From: a virus
Taxonomy: Duplodnaviria > Heunggongvirae > Uroviricota > Caudoviricetes
Virus record (IMG/VR): IMGVR_UViG_3300032167_005013
DNA: 64,000 nucleotides
Strand: one strand, 5' to 3'
Notes under the pieces: generated by a model
The model's database searches: none
What the model was told of the DNA's origin: nothing
What the model saw: the letters and a program-made list of their open reading frames with translations, nothing else
Part shown: positions 1 to 9,358 of the stretch, in pieces
Layout of the letters: each line of letters starts with the position of its first letter
How positions within the stretch are numbered: the first letter of the stretch is position 1
Program-made: the position numbers and the translations under genes

Positions 1-145
1 TTTTCGTTTCTCGGATATGAGATTATTAACCTTTTCTTTAAGAAGATTATAATCATTAAAATCCCTTCCTCCTGCGATGATTATTCTGAATATTGGCTTT
101 TTAATTCCCATATCTCAACTATATTTTTGTATAAAAATACAAATT

Positions 146-1330
146 TTATTCCAAATCAACAAATTTTTGTTTTATTTTGATAGAATAAAACAACCCTATT
201 GAGTAAAAAACAAATAATATCACAAAAAGAGCGTTATAGGATAGTCCCATTATATTGATAATGAAATTGGATAATTGATTACCCGACAATCCAGCAAAAG
301 CCCATGCTGATAATGTAAGCCCATGCAAGGTACTAATATTGCTCATCCCAAAATGACTTTGAATGAGTGTTGGTAGTGTACTGAACCCACCTCCATATCC
401 TGCATTGACAACACATAACATCATAGGAATTACAAGAGGTAAAAATGTTCCAAATACCAATGTTAATGAAGAAGATAAAAATATTACAACATAAACCCAT
501 GCTTTATTTTTCATGAAATCAGATGCTGTTGAATAACCAAATCTTCCTACCGTATTGAAAAATGCTGTTAATGTGGCAAGTATTCCAATATTTGTGAGAC
601 CTGAGTATAAACCAATGTTTTTTTCAAATGAAATCAATGCTAAACCACATGTAATATTAAGGTAAAAAACAAACCATATTTGACGATATGTTTTATTTTT
701 AAAAATTTTTAGTGTCTCCCTAAAATGTGTTTTCACAACCGGTTCCACCCACCCATCAGGCTTTTTTATACAATACGTTGCCAAACCCATAAGAATTATA
801 CTAACGCCTGATATTATACCTAATGTCCATTCAACTCCCATATTGAAATTACACCATTCAATGAACGGGGAAAATATGACTTTAGATAGGCCAAACCCCG
901 ATATTGCAATTCCTGTTGCAAGTCCTTTATGTTCTGAAAACCAAAGCATTAATGTTTTTACCGGGCTCAGATAACCAATACCCAAGCCAATGCCCATAAG
1001 ACAACCGTATGATAATATAAGACCTATTCTACTTTTCAAATATATTGCTATAATTGACAATACAAGACCTGATACAAAACATATAGTTGATAATAGTGAA
1101 GATTTTTTGACATTTTTTTCAACAAAACTCCCACCAAAAGCCGCTGACATACCTAAAAAGAAAATTGCCAACGAAAAACAAATCTCAATTGAAGCAACGC
1201 TACAGCCTATTGATGTTGCAATCTCATCTTTCAATAATGACCAACAATATACACTCCCAATACAAGAGTGTATTAATAAAGCAGGTATAGCACCTCTAAA
1301 CCATTTATTATTTAATATTTCTTTCCCCAT
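146..1330 (-). CDS. MFS transporter, oxalate/formate antiporter (OFA)-like
   Basis: ~12 hydrophobic segments; GSVYCWS start, GxGLGIGYLSPVKTLMLWF and YGGGFSTLP motifs typical of OFA-family MFS proteins. Confidence 0.85.
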   Translation of the reverse strand: MGKEILNNKWFRGAIPALLIHSCIGSVYCWSLLKDEIATSIGCSVASIEICFSLAIFFLGMSAAFGGSFVEKNVKKSSLLSTICFVSGLVLSIIAIYLKSRIGLILSYGCLMGIGLGIGYLSPVKTLMLWFSEHKGLATGIAISGFGLSKVIFSPFIEWCNFNMGVEWTLGIISGVSIILMGLATYCIKKPDGWVEPVVKTHFRETLKIFKNKTYRQIWFVFYLNITCGLALISFEKNIGLYSGLTNIGILATLTAFFNTVGRFGYSTASDFMKNKAWVYVVIFLSSSLTLVFGTFLPLVIPMMLCVVNAGYGGGFSTLPTLIQSHFGMSNISTLHGLTLSAWAFAGLSGNQLSNFIINIMGLSYNALFVILFVFYSIGLFYSIKIKQKFVDLE

Positions 1331-1947
1331 AGTATAAATCCATAAACACAGTTAATTGTCCAAAACACATATTGCGCCACCATGAACCAATTTTCTATTG
1401 ACACCCACATTGCAATGCATATTATATCTTGAATAAACCATAATATCCAATTTTCCTTATATCTTAACATCATCAAAATCTGTGCCAAAATACCTAAGAC
1501 AGTAGTGATGCTGTCAAACATAGGATGTGAATCCCCTAAATTATCAAGAATAGCCCATCCCATGATGGTTAATCCGACTACAACTCCAAATACCCCAAGT
1601 ATTGAATGGAAATCCAATGATTTTGTTTTTACAAGTTTTTCATCATCAAGGTTTTTCAACCATATGAAAATACCGGTAATCATTGTAAGAAAATAGAAAA
1701 GATTTTCAATGATTTTTCCATGAAGACCCTCCTGTACGCAAATTATCGTATATGTACTCATCTGTAGAAAAGACCAAAAGTAGTAAGTCATTTTCTTTTC
1801 ACTACACTGTACAACGGATATCATGCCAGCAATACCACTTACAAATGATAAAAAACTGTCCTTAGTGACTATATATACAATCACCTGAGACAACAAACCA
1901 CATGCAAGCAGCATCGAACCAAAGTCAATTTTCCTTCTTATCTCCAC
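1312..1947 (-). CDS. pnuC: PnuC/PnuT-family vitamin (nicotinamide riboside or thiamine) transporter
   Basis: 7-8 TM helices; DSITTVLGILAQILMMLRYKENWILW matches the Pnu-family signature. Confidence 0.85.
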   Translation of the reverse strand: MEIRRKIDFGSMLLACGLLSQVIVYIVTKDSFLSFVSGIAGMISVVQCSEKKMTYYFWSFLQMSTYTIICVQEGLHGKIIENLFYFLTMITGIFIWLKNLDDEKLVKTKSLDFHSILGVFGVVVGLTIMGWAILDNLGDSHPMFDSITTVLGILAQILMMLRYKENWILWFIQDIICIAMWVSIENWFMVAQYVFWTINCVYGFILWGKKY

Positions 1948-2171
1948 TTCTCAAAATCTTCCGGATATTCAACATAAACCCATGCCCAAACATCGTCAAT
2001 GATAAAATCAATATCGGGTTCGGGAAAATTATAAAAGGCTTTTCTTCCTTTTTCCTCAGAGTAAATACCATAATAGAACCAACTGCCGTCACGAGTAAAA
2101 AGAACCCGCTGCCCCTCATAAGGAACTTCTTCCTCAGTCAGGAACCATGTCAAATGTGTAACACTATTCAT
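1938..2171 (-). CDS. hypothetical protein
   Basis: ATG overlaps the upstream stop; fits operon packing. Confidence 0.55.
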   Translation of the reverse strand: MNSVTHLTWFLTEEEVPYEGQRVLFTRDGSWFYYGIYSEEKGRKAFYNFPEPDIDFIIDDVWAWVYVEYPEDFEKWR

Positions 2172-3249
2172 CGTTAAATTTTTTAATAAATTTCTCTGCT
2201 TTGTTTCGTTTTTCCATGTATTTTTTACGTCGGAATTCATTGGTTTTTTCAATGTTTTCCCTTATCTTGTCATTATGCTTCCTGCATTTCTCATAGGTAT
2301 TTAATTCTCTTGCCCAATCTTCAATCGAAGCCGCAGAAATATCTTTCTTTATTGCCTTGTACCCATCATAAGGTGAAAGAATGTCGACAGTATCATCAAT
2401 GATATATTCCCAATCCCATCCGTTATTGTTTGAAAATTTTATATTGAACCAATTATCTGTTTCGGATTCAACATTACCGTTCGCACGTGGATTTACAGCA
2501 AGTTCCTCAAGTGTATTTCCTATCCAACCCTGACCATTCCTATGATAACCGTTCATTGTAAGGAAATCAATAGACGATTTATCATTGAATTTATAACCTG
2601 TTTTCAATGTCAAGGCCTGTGAACTATTAAAACCGAAATCTCTAAAACCCGCTGTCTGCTGATGTCCTGCCCTTACATGTAATCCCCATCCATTCTGAGG
2701 AAGCATATTATATACTGCAGTTGCCTTAAATGAATTAAAACTACCGCCACCAAAATAAACATATGAGTCCTGTGGTTTATGAATATTGACCGATTCCAAA
2801 AGGATTCCTCCGGCCACACCCGCAATTCCATTATATGATGAAGCAGTACCCTTTTCTACCCTAACTGTCTGCATCGAAGACAAAAGGTCAGGACTGTTAG
2901 CAAAATAAGCACCATAGTCCTCAGCCTCATTCCATGGGCAACCATCAAGAGATACATTTATACGGGTTTGGTCAAGTCCTCTGATTCTAAAGTAACCGTA
3001 ACCAAATTCTGTACCATTGTCATTCAATGAAATAATTGATGGCATCTTACTAAAAACATTTGATGGTTCCTGTCCGTAATTGGTTTCAGTAAGCGTTTTA
3101 ATATCAACTACCGAACTTACTGTTGTTGAACTACTATAAAATGAAGATACGACAATTTCGTCAAGCGCCACAACCGTAGTATCTGATTCCTGTGCAAACG
3201 TAATAATCGCAATAAATGCAGAAATAAATGCCAAAATAAATTTTCTCAT
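2164..3249 (-). pseudogene. truncated TonB-dependent receptor (signal peptide, plug, start of barrel) fused to an unrelated C-terminus
   Basis: Signal peptide, LDEIVVSS TonB-box region, GYGYFRIRGLDQTRINVSLDG plug motif; barrel stops near aa 268 and a charged coiled tail follows. Confidence 0.75.
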
Positions 3250-3275
3250 ATTTTTTTTAATTTAAAATGTTCGAT

Positions 3276-3310
3276 TGCAAATATACAAATATTATGCCAA
3301 ACTAACAAAA
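3276..3310 (-). promoter_or_regulatory. Bacteroidetes housekeeping promoter with nested sigma54-like box
   Basis: Minus strand TTTG-ttagtttggcataatatttg-TATATTTGC (20-nt spacer containing TTGGCATaatatTTGT). Confidence 0.75.
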
Positions 3311-3413
3311 AATATGAAAATTATTTGAACAGAGTTTGTCGTTTACTTGTCTTATAACTATTTATAGTTATAAGACAAGTGTTTATATTAATAAAAATAA
3401 CAATATATATTAT

Positions 3414-4004
3414 ATGGCAACCGGAGCAACTAACGGTATTCCTACCGCAAGAGAATTAGAAAATACAGGCGCATTTTCTTTCAATACAACAAACGCAAAT
3501 GTTTTATCATATGTTCCGAGTTTGGATATGTGTCCAACAAGACAAACAATCTTGGCTGCTATAAAAAGTGGTTATGGGGCGGAAATTTCAACAACCTATA
3601 GTAATGGGCGACTTGTGCCTTACAATGCAATACAATGGCAGAAAAATGTTGGTAAACTAACCATATCCTTGCTAAATACGCCTCCGTATAGTCTCAATGA
3701 TTATATGATGATACCAATCAAGTATTCAACAAATACTTCTTACCTACCATCAAAATACAGCGATTTAAATTCTTTATCGAATTTGAGTGGTGCATTGATA
3801 AATACGTTTACTAACACCAGTGTGACAATATATTCTCCTTCATGGAGTGCATATACACAAAATATTAGAATTTATTATTCATGGGAAACATTTTCCACCC
3901 AGTCCATTTATCTTTACGGAAACGTAACGTCAGCTCAATTATCTTCTTTAAAAAATGGAACTAACATTACTATAACCGGTTATTGGACAACAAATATTGG
4001 CTAA
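3414..4004 (+). CDS. S/T/N-rich protein, paralogue of 27047..27664; possible virion decoration protein
   Basis: Lone plus-strand gene; shares MCPT...GY...Y...LVP...KN.GKLTI with 27047. Confidence 0.75.
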   Translation: MATGATNGIPTARELENTGAFSFNTTNANVLSYVPSLDMCPTRQTILAAIKSGYGAEISTTYSNGRLVPYNAIQWQKNVGKLTISLLNTPPYSLNDYMMIPIKYSTNTSYLPSKYSDLNSLSNLSGALINTFTNTSVTIYSPSWSAYTQNIRIYYSWETFSTQSIYLYGNVTSAQLSSLKNGTNITITGYWTTNIG

Positions 4005-4050
4005 ATTAAAAAACACATTTTTACTTACTTATTATATACTTACACACGAA

Positions 4051-4084
4051 AAAACGGGATGTGTCGTGAGACACATCCCGTTTT
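4051..4084. terminator. bidirectional intrinsic terminator
   Basis: aaaacgggatgtgtc-gtga-gacacatcccgtttt perfect hairpin between convergent genes. Confidence 0.85.
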
Positions 4085-4550
4085 ATAATTTCCAATATTC
4101 AATATCAATGTCCATATCCTTAAAAACTGCTTCAACCATGCTGCAGATTACCTGCCAATCAGCACCACCCCTATCAGAACTCATCTTCCAAGGAAATGCA
4201 ACTGATTTGATTCCGTTTTCGGCGCAATAGACACTCAATTTTTCCAACGCAACATATATTCCCTCATAGTTGGTATATCGTTTTCTATCATACCCATATT
4301 TTTCCTGGCCACAAAGGTTTGCTACCAATCTGTTATCATCACCTCCGGGGTTTGTTTTCACAATTTGGCACATACCCAATTTCATTAAACCTTTCTTACA
4401 CGCCTTATGATATTGTTCAGCAACACGTGGATACTTTTCCTTAATTGCCCTTGCAACCCCACTTCCAAATCCATCGGATGCATTTGTTTGATGAGCAATT
4501 ATATCTGCTTCTGAATCCAATAAACTGCCGTTATAAATATTCTCCTTCAT
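4083..4550 (-). CDS. macrodomain (ADP-ribose hydrolase-like) protein
   Basis: IIAHQTN..GFGSGVARAIK and VAFPWKMSSDRGGADW macrodomain motifs. Confidence 0.85.
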   Translation of the reverse strand: MKENIYNGSLLDSEADIIAHQTNASDGFGSGVARAIKEKYPRVAEQYHKACKKGLMKLGMCQIVKTNPGGDDNRLVANLCGQEKYGYDRKRYTNYEGIYVALEKLSVYCAENGIKSVAFPWKMSSDRGGADWQVICSMVEAVFKDMDIDIEYWKL

Positions 4551-4584
4551 ATTCTTAAATTTTTAATCATATCGCAAATATACA

Positions 4585-4612
4585 AAAAAGGTTTGGATTT
4601 GCCAAACCTTTT
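4585..4612 (-). terminator. hairpin terminator after thyX, overlapping a promoter for the macrodomain gene
   Basis: aaaaggtttgg-atttg-ccaaacctttt; adjacent gcaaatata is TATATTTGC on the minus strand. Confidence 0.6.
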
Positions 4613-4614
4613 AA

Positions 4615-5565
4615 CTAATCTTTCTTCTCAGCAAAATCCTTAGGGAGATACCCTCTATTAATGAATTCATCCATCAATGGTACAGCCAATTCTGCAGCCT
4701 GTGGATGGGGTTTTCCTGTTGTACCAAGAGCTCTCAAATTGAAGAAATTTTTCCAATCACTAATAAATGCAGTTTTAATAAGAGGTGAAGAAATTGCACA
4801 AGGTAAAACAGTTCTTGCCTCTTCAGCCTTCCATCCAAACTGATTTGTTAGCGTACAATACGACCATTCACATGCTTTCAATGCAAACATCCAAGCACAC
4901 ACATCATCCATTGGTCCTACCCCATATTCAAAATCAATTACGCATCTACAAAAATCATTTATACTATAATCCTTAAGAGTATTGATTTCATCTATTCTAT
5001 CAAGCATCCATACAGGAATGATATACTTAATAGAACCACCACCAAACTTCTCTTTTGTGAATAGCACATATCTTGTACTCTCCCTATTGAACGATGCAAC
5101 TCTGTGGCGTAGGAACTCTTCACCTGTAAACCTGTCAATTTGAAACCTTACCTGATATCTTCTCTCATGAAACTCAGTGGGTTCACACCAATATTTCAAG
5201 TCATCCATCCAACCATTCTCAAAAAGAACTCGGAGATTGGTGGTTACATACATATAATCATTGTCTGATGTACACTTAGAATATTTATTATGTTGATATT
5301 TGTCAAGGACACAACCAAGATATTCAATATCAATATTATTCACATAATCATAATCAAGTGGCGCTTTAAGATATACTGTACCATGTTCTAGTGGTGCCCC
5401 ATGATTAGATTTCATCAATCCATTGCAAAACTTCTCTGCAGTTCCCGGAGCCATCTTATCCTGAGAACCATAACATATTCTTCCCGGGAGTTCCGCTGCT
5501 TTATACATACCCTCAAGACCCGGCTCCTGTTCAATAATTTCAAATCCTGCTACTAAAAATTCCAT
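4615..5565 (-). CDS. thyX: FAD-dependent thymidylate synthase
   Basis: HGAPLEHG, RHRVASFNRESTRY ThyX motif, EEARTVLP, WKNFFNLR, HPQA. Confidence 0.92.
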   Translation of the reverse strand: MEFLVAGFEIIEQEPGLEGMYKAAELPGRICYGSQDKMAPGTAEKFCNGLMKSNHGAPLEHGTVYLKAPLDYDYVNNIDIEYLGCVLDKYQHNKYSKCTSDNDYMYVTTNLRVLFENGWMDDLKYWCEPTEFHERRYQVRFQIDRFTGEEFLRHRVASFNRESTRYVLFTKEKFGGGSIKYIIPVWMLDRIDEINTLKDYSINDFCRCVIDFEYGVGPMDDVCAWMFALKACEWSYCTLTNQFGWKAEEARTVLPCAISSPLIKTAFISDWKNFFNLRALGTTGKPHPQAAELAVPLMDEFINRGYLPKDFAEKKD

Positions 5566-5670
5566 ATCCTGTTTTCTTTTTTATTTTATCTTTTGACCCA
5601 AACACAATGGGAACAATCAATATCAGCGCAAAACAAATTGTACAACCGAATAATATTAAACCGTCTATCA

Positions 5671-6543
5671 TCATTTTATAAACCAATCTGTTTTTTCTAA
5701 TTTAATGTGTTCGTGGTAATAAAGCATTGCGTTTTTCTCAATATATTTCAATGCTATCTTGGATTTTCGTTCAATAAAGGTAAACATACGGTCCAAACCA
5801 TCTTCATCAAAATCAAAGCCCCAATATTGCAAAACAAATAAAATAGCATGAGTTCTATTTCTTGCTTCAGGCAAAATTTTATATAATGCAGTATAATATC
5901 TTTGAAATGGTTCGGAACTTTTCAAGGCCTCAATAAAAGTATCTCTATCATAACTCCCTTTCTCCCTAACATAATTTTCAATATGAGGTGTTGTTTCAGA
6001 AATTATAGCCTTCATTTCTTTTTCATGGCAAGCATATAGTGCCTGCACAAATTGGTATGCAATATCATTATTCTTATAATCGTTAAGAAAAACAACGCAT
6101 TGGTTATACCATAAAGGAAGAGGATTTACCAAATTTTTACCGCCCTTCTCATTGTATTTCGCCTGATTCAATATCACATAACCATGATTCAACTCATGAA
6201 CAGCAATGTGATATATTGTCTGTTCCAACTTATCATAACTTTGTTTCAATATATCATTTCTTGATATAAAGAATTTAATTCCCACAGTATCATCATTAAC
6301 ACCATTAAATGTCCCTGATGTCGGACGCATATCTATCATCATGTCCCGATAATTCACATCATCTTCCGAATATTCAATAGTAATAATATATTTTTTAAAT
6401 TGACAGTCTGTTTGTGTGTCGAAAACGCCATTTCTATGATGTGATTTAATCATAGAAACAGCTTTTTCTGCAATTTCTTTCGCTAAATTATATTGATTGG
6501 AAAACTCCCCTAACGCTTCGTTGATAACCTCCAATTGTGTCAT
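5671..6543 (-). CDS. HExxH putative metallopeptidase (paralogue family member 1)
   Basis: HELNHGY plus downstream Y....E..A; N-terminal VINEALG. Confidence 0.7.
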   Translation of the reverse strand: MTQLEVINEALGEFSNQYNLAKEIAEKAVSMIKSHHRNGVFDTQTDCQFKKYIITIEYSEDDVNYRDMMIDMRPTSGTFNGVNDDTVGIKFFISRNDILKQSYDKLEQTIYHIAVHELNHGYVILNQAKYNEKGGKNLVNPLPLWYNQCVVFLNDYKNNDIAYQFVQALYACHEKEMKAIISETTPHIENYVREKGSYDRDTFIEALKSSEPFQRYYTALYKILPEARNRTHAILFVLQYWGFDFDEDGLDRMFTFIERKSKIALKYIEKNAMLYYHEHIKLEKTDWFIK

Positions 6544-6578
6544 ATCATTTAATTTTGAGCAAAAATATGGAAAAAATA

Positions 6579-7319
6579 TTATTTTTCCAAATCAATTTCT
6601 TCTCTAAACATAATTTTCCTATACTCGACAATCCCATCAGTCACCACTATATAGTAATTAGGAAGAAGGTCGTTAACATAAATCCCCTCTTCATTGCCTA
6701 ATTTCATAAATTCATCAAATTTTTCAGCCCAAACAACCGTATGTCCCACAACCTGTTTGTACCCCTCAAGTTTACTCTTGCTTAATGCATTTGGCCTTAT
6801 CCATATCGGTGAATTTGAAATAGTATCCCCCTCTTCACTGTAACCCACATGACAGTTCCAAGCAAGAAGTCTTGTATCGAACTCAGGTCCGTTGATTTCT
6901 TCTAATGTATCCACGTTACATAGTTCTTCAAACCACCATTTTGAAACACCTGCATGTGAATAAAGAACACCATCTTCAATGTGAAGAATCTTCATTTTTC
7001 CTGATTTTAGTGCATCTACCAGTAACTCATGAGCATTAAAGTAAGTGACCTGATTATACCCGCTGTATTTTTCTCTATAATCATAATAATGAAAATCATG
7101 ATTTCCTAACAGCAATATAACCCTATCCTCGCCCAATTCTTTTTGGAGTTTCAATATCTCTTTGAAATTAAAAATCTGCCTTGCCGGATGATATTTCTTT
7201 TCATGGGAATCAAAATAGTCCCCTAAAAAAATAAATTTATCCGCATCAGGATTCTCATCAACTATTTTCCTCCATATTGCACGGCCATGTATATCACCTA
7301 TAGCAACTATCTTACTCAT
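6579..7319 (-). CDS. calcineurin-like metallophosphoesterase
   Basis: GDIHG, GDYFD, GNHD, SHAG, GHT motifs. Confidence 0.9.
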   Translation of the reverse strand: MSKIVAIGDIHGRAIWRKIVDENPDADKFIFLGDYFDSHEKKYHPARQIFNFKEILKLQKELGEDRVILLLGNHDFHYYDYREKYSGYNQVTYFNAHELLVDALKSGKMKILHIEDGVLYSHAGVSKWWFEELCNVDTLEEINGPEFDTRLLAWNCHVGYSEEGDTISNSPIWIRPNALSKSKLEGYKQVVGHTVVWAEKFDEFMKLGNEEGIYVNDLLPNYYIVVTDGIVEYRKIMFREEIDLEK

Positions 7320-7368
7320 AATCAATTATATATGTTTAAAATTTGCGATTTGCAAATCGCGAATTCAT

Positions 7369-7701
7369 TTATACAAAATACCTTGCAAACCATTCTTTGT
7401 CATTAACAATGACCTTTAGATATTTCTCGCCATCCTCAGTCTGAAACGCATTTTCAATGCCACGAACCTTTTTTAGAGGAAGATAATTCCTGTCAAGATG
7501 CTTTTCAATTGATTTTAATTTCTCCTCAATGGAAAGCCCATCATAATCGGCCTTATAATGGCAAAAATAAGTCATTTTAGGCGTTTTCTTTACAAAGTGG
7601 ACTAACTCTTCGTCTGAAAGATTTAAAGCCTTTTTAGGGCCCTTTTTGTAAGGATATGACTTATCATCAGTCTTGGCTGGTAGAACAAATATCCCGAACA
7701 T
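7369..7701 (-). CDS. hypothetical protein
   Basis: ORF in operon orientation; start uncertain. Confidence 0.55.
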   Translation of the reverse strand: MFGIFVLPAKTDDKSYPYKKGPKKALNLSDEELVHFVKKTPKMTYFCHYKADYDGLSIEEKLKSIEKHLDRNYLPLKKVRGIENAFQTEDGEKYLKVIVNDKEWFARYFV

Positions 7702-7987
7702 AAGAATCTTTTTTATACATAACGGTGGAATCAGTTGGCGTAAAAACGCCATCTTTCCAAGTTCCTTCAATCTTTAATTCTGTTTTACCTTCATATACTT
7801 CCAATGCGGTAGGATTATTGATATGATAAATTAGCACCGAAAGCGATAAGGCGAACAATATTAATCCTAATATTATTAAATGAGGGACAGCGCTGTTCCC
7901 TTTTTTTTCTTCGTATATACCGTGACTGCCTATGAACACTGTTGATAGGCTACCCAAAAATGCTAAAAAGATTATAAATGTCAACAT
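7667..7987 (-). CDS. hypothetical membrane protein
   Basis: Two TM segments followed by PTALEVYEGKTELKI. Confidence 0.7.
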   Translation of the reverse strand: MLTFIIFLAFLGSLSTVFIGSHGIYEEKKGNSAVPHLIILGLILFALSLSVLIYHINNPTALEVYEGKTELKIEGTWKDGVFTPTDSTVMYKKDSYVRDICSTSQD

Positions 7988-8001
7988 AATATTATTGGTT
8001 T

Positions 8002-8206
8002 TTAAATAAACAAATATATTCCACAGCCAAGCATTACAATACCCGCCATAATAGTCATGAATAACACAAAATGTAATGAGAAACCACTGTGTGGTGACTC
8101 AGTAAGAGCACTTGTCAACGTGCCATGCCAAAGGGTTTCACCCTTTGCTCAAGCACCCTCCTTTAGGTGGGTGTAGTTGACATACTCTCTTAACTAATTC
8201 AAGCAT
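8002..8206 (-). pseudogene. small membrane protein gene interrupted by a 70-bp mini-element
   Basis: Removing 8113..8182 restores MLELVKRV-SALTESPHSGFSLHFVLFMTIMAGIVMLGCGIYLFI* in frame. Confidence 0.7.
8113..8182 (-). mobile_element. 70-bp non-autonomous IS200/IS605-type (PATE-like) mini-element
   Basis: TGTCAAC...GTTGACA ends; GTCAACTACACCCACCTAAAGGAGGGTGCTTG hairpin typical of IS200/605/IscB left ends; second hairpin caaagggt-gaa-accctttg. Confidence 0.7.
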
Positions 8207-8211
8207 ACTTT

Positions 8212-9126
8212 TTAATATAAATCTTCTGAAAATAATTTACTCTTTTGACTTTTAATCTGTCCGGCTGTATATGCAATTTTCGCTGCTTCCTCTCGGCTGA
8301 CAAACCGCCCTTTCGATGTATAGAAACCCTGCGAATACAAACCATCTTCCAATTCCTCACCAAATCTCCAAATTATGTCATGATGACGATAACCAAGTTC
8401 AATATTTATAAGGTCATTTGTCCCCTCATGATATGGGTTATCACAATTTCTTCTCTCATTTCTTTTAATTGCGCTGCAGAGAATCCACTCCACATCCTTA
8501 TCATGGTTATAAATGTTATTCAACTCAGATACAGCAATATCATAGACTGCATGCCATTCGGGACGGAGCCACTCTTTCCAAAAGGCATGGTATTTTCTCT
8601 CGCCATATTTCTTGGTATGCTGTGTCATTGTACCCATCTGCTTGATACATTCTTTCAGGTCACCGGCATCAACACCACTAAGATATTCCATCATGAATTC
8701 ATAATATTCATCCTCATGGTATTTATCCTCAGTGTCAAGAGGTATTTCAAGATAGAAAGAAAGTGCTATACCAAACGCAACAATGGAAAAATGGCCTTTT
8801 CTTTCAAAACACGGGTTATCATATTTCCACTTACTTGCAAAATCGAAGTTAATAATTCTAAACGTCATCCAATCAGGTAATCTGATTCTTATCGACTTAT
8901 CAGGGAAAGACGGGAAGAATTTCCTCATTTTCATTACGAACTTCGGGTCATACTCATATTCAAAAGTCTCTCTGTTAAGATACCTGTGTTTGGTAAACAA
9001 ATCGAACGAGAACGGTGGTATATAAAACGGTTGTCTCGACATTCTGCCGAACATCATCTTAAGTTTTGGACGAACCAAAATATGCTTAACCTTATTGAAG
9101 GTATTATATAATTTAATCTTCCCCAT
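8212..9126 (-). CDS. hypothetical protein (two-domain; C-terminal QGFYTSKGRFVSREEA domain)
   Basis: 304-aa ORF in operon. Confidence 0.75.
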   Translation of the reverse strand: MGKIKLYNTFNKVKHILVRPKLKMMFGRMSRQPFYIPPFSFDLFTKHRYLNRETFEYEYDPKFVMKMRKFFPSFPDKSIRIRLPDWMTFRIINFDFASKWKYDNPCFERKGHFSIVAFGIALSFYLEIPLDTEDKYHEDEYYEFMMEYLSGVDAGDLKECIKQMGTMTQHTKKYGERKYHAFWKEWLRPEWHAVYDIAVSELNNIYNHDKDVEWILCSAIKRNERRNCDNPYHEGTNDLINIELGYRHHDIIWRFGEELEDGLYSQGFYTSKGRFVSREEAAKIAYTAGQIKSQKSKLFSEDLY

Positions 9127-9129
9127 ATA

Positions 9130-9292
9130 TTATCTGACCAACAAAAATATTATAAATGCAATAAAGAAACAAATGCCACATCCTTTGTAATATTTTATTG
9201 CAGTATCATCATCGACATAAGTATCAAAAGAGGAGTGAATTAGGCCAATAAAAAAAAAATACCCAACCAAGCATAAAAATAAAAAAAACCAT
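9130..9292 (-). pseudogene. small membrane protein frameshifted in a T10 tract
   Basis: With T9 instead of T10 (9250-9259) a 53-aa two-TM ORF runs from the ATG at 9292 to the TAA at 9130. Confidence 0.5.
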
Positions 9293-9338
9293 AATTTTTC
9301 GTTTAAATTTTTTTTAAAAATTAATACTCAATTTTACT

Positions 9339-9355
9339 ACAAATACCGTGCCAAA
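9339..9355 (-). promoter_or_regulatory. sigma54-type -24/-12 box
   Basis: TTTGGCACGGTATTTGT on minus strand in an intergenic gap. Confidence 0.7.
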
Positions 9356-9358
9356 CTA

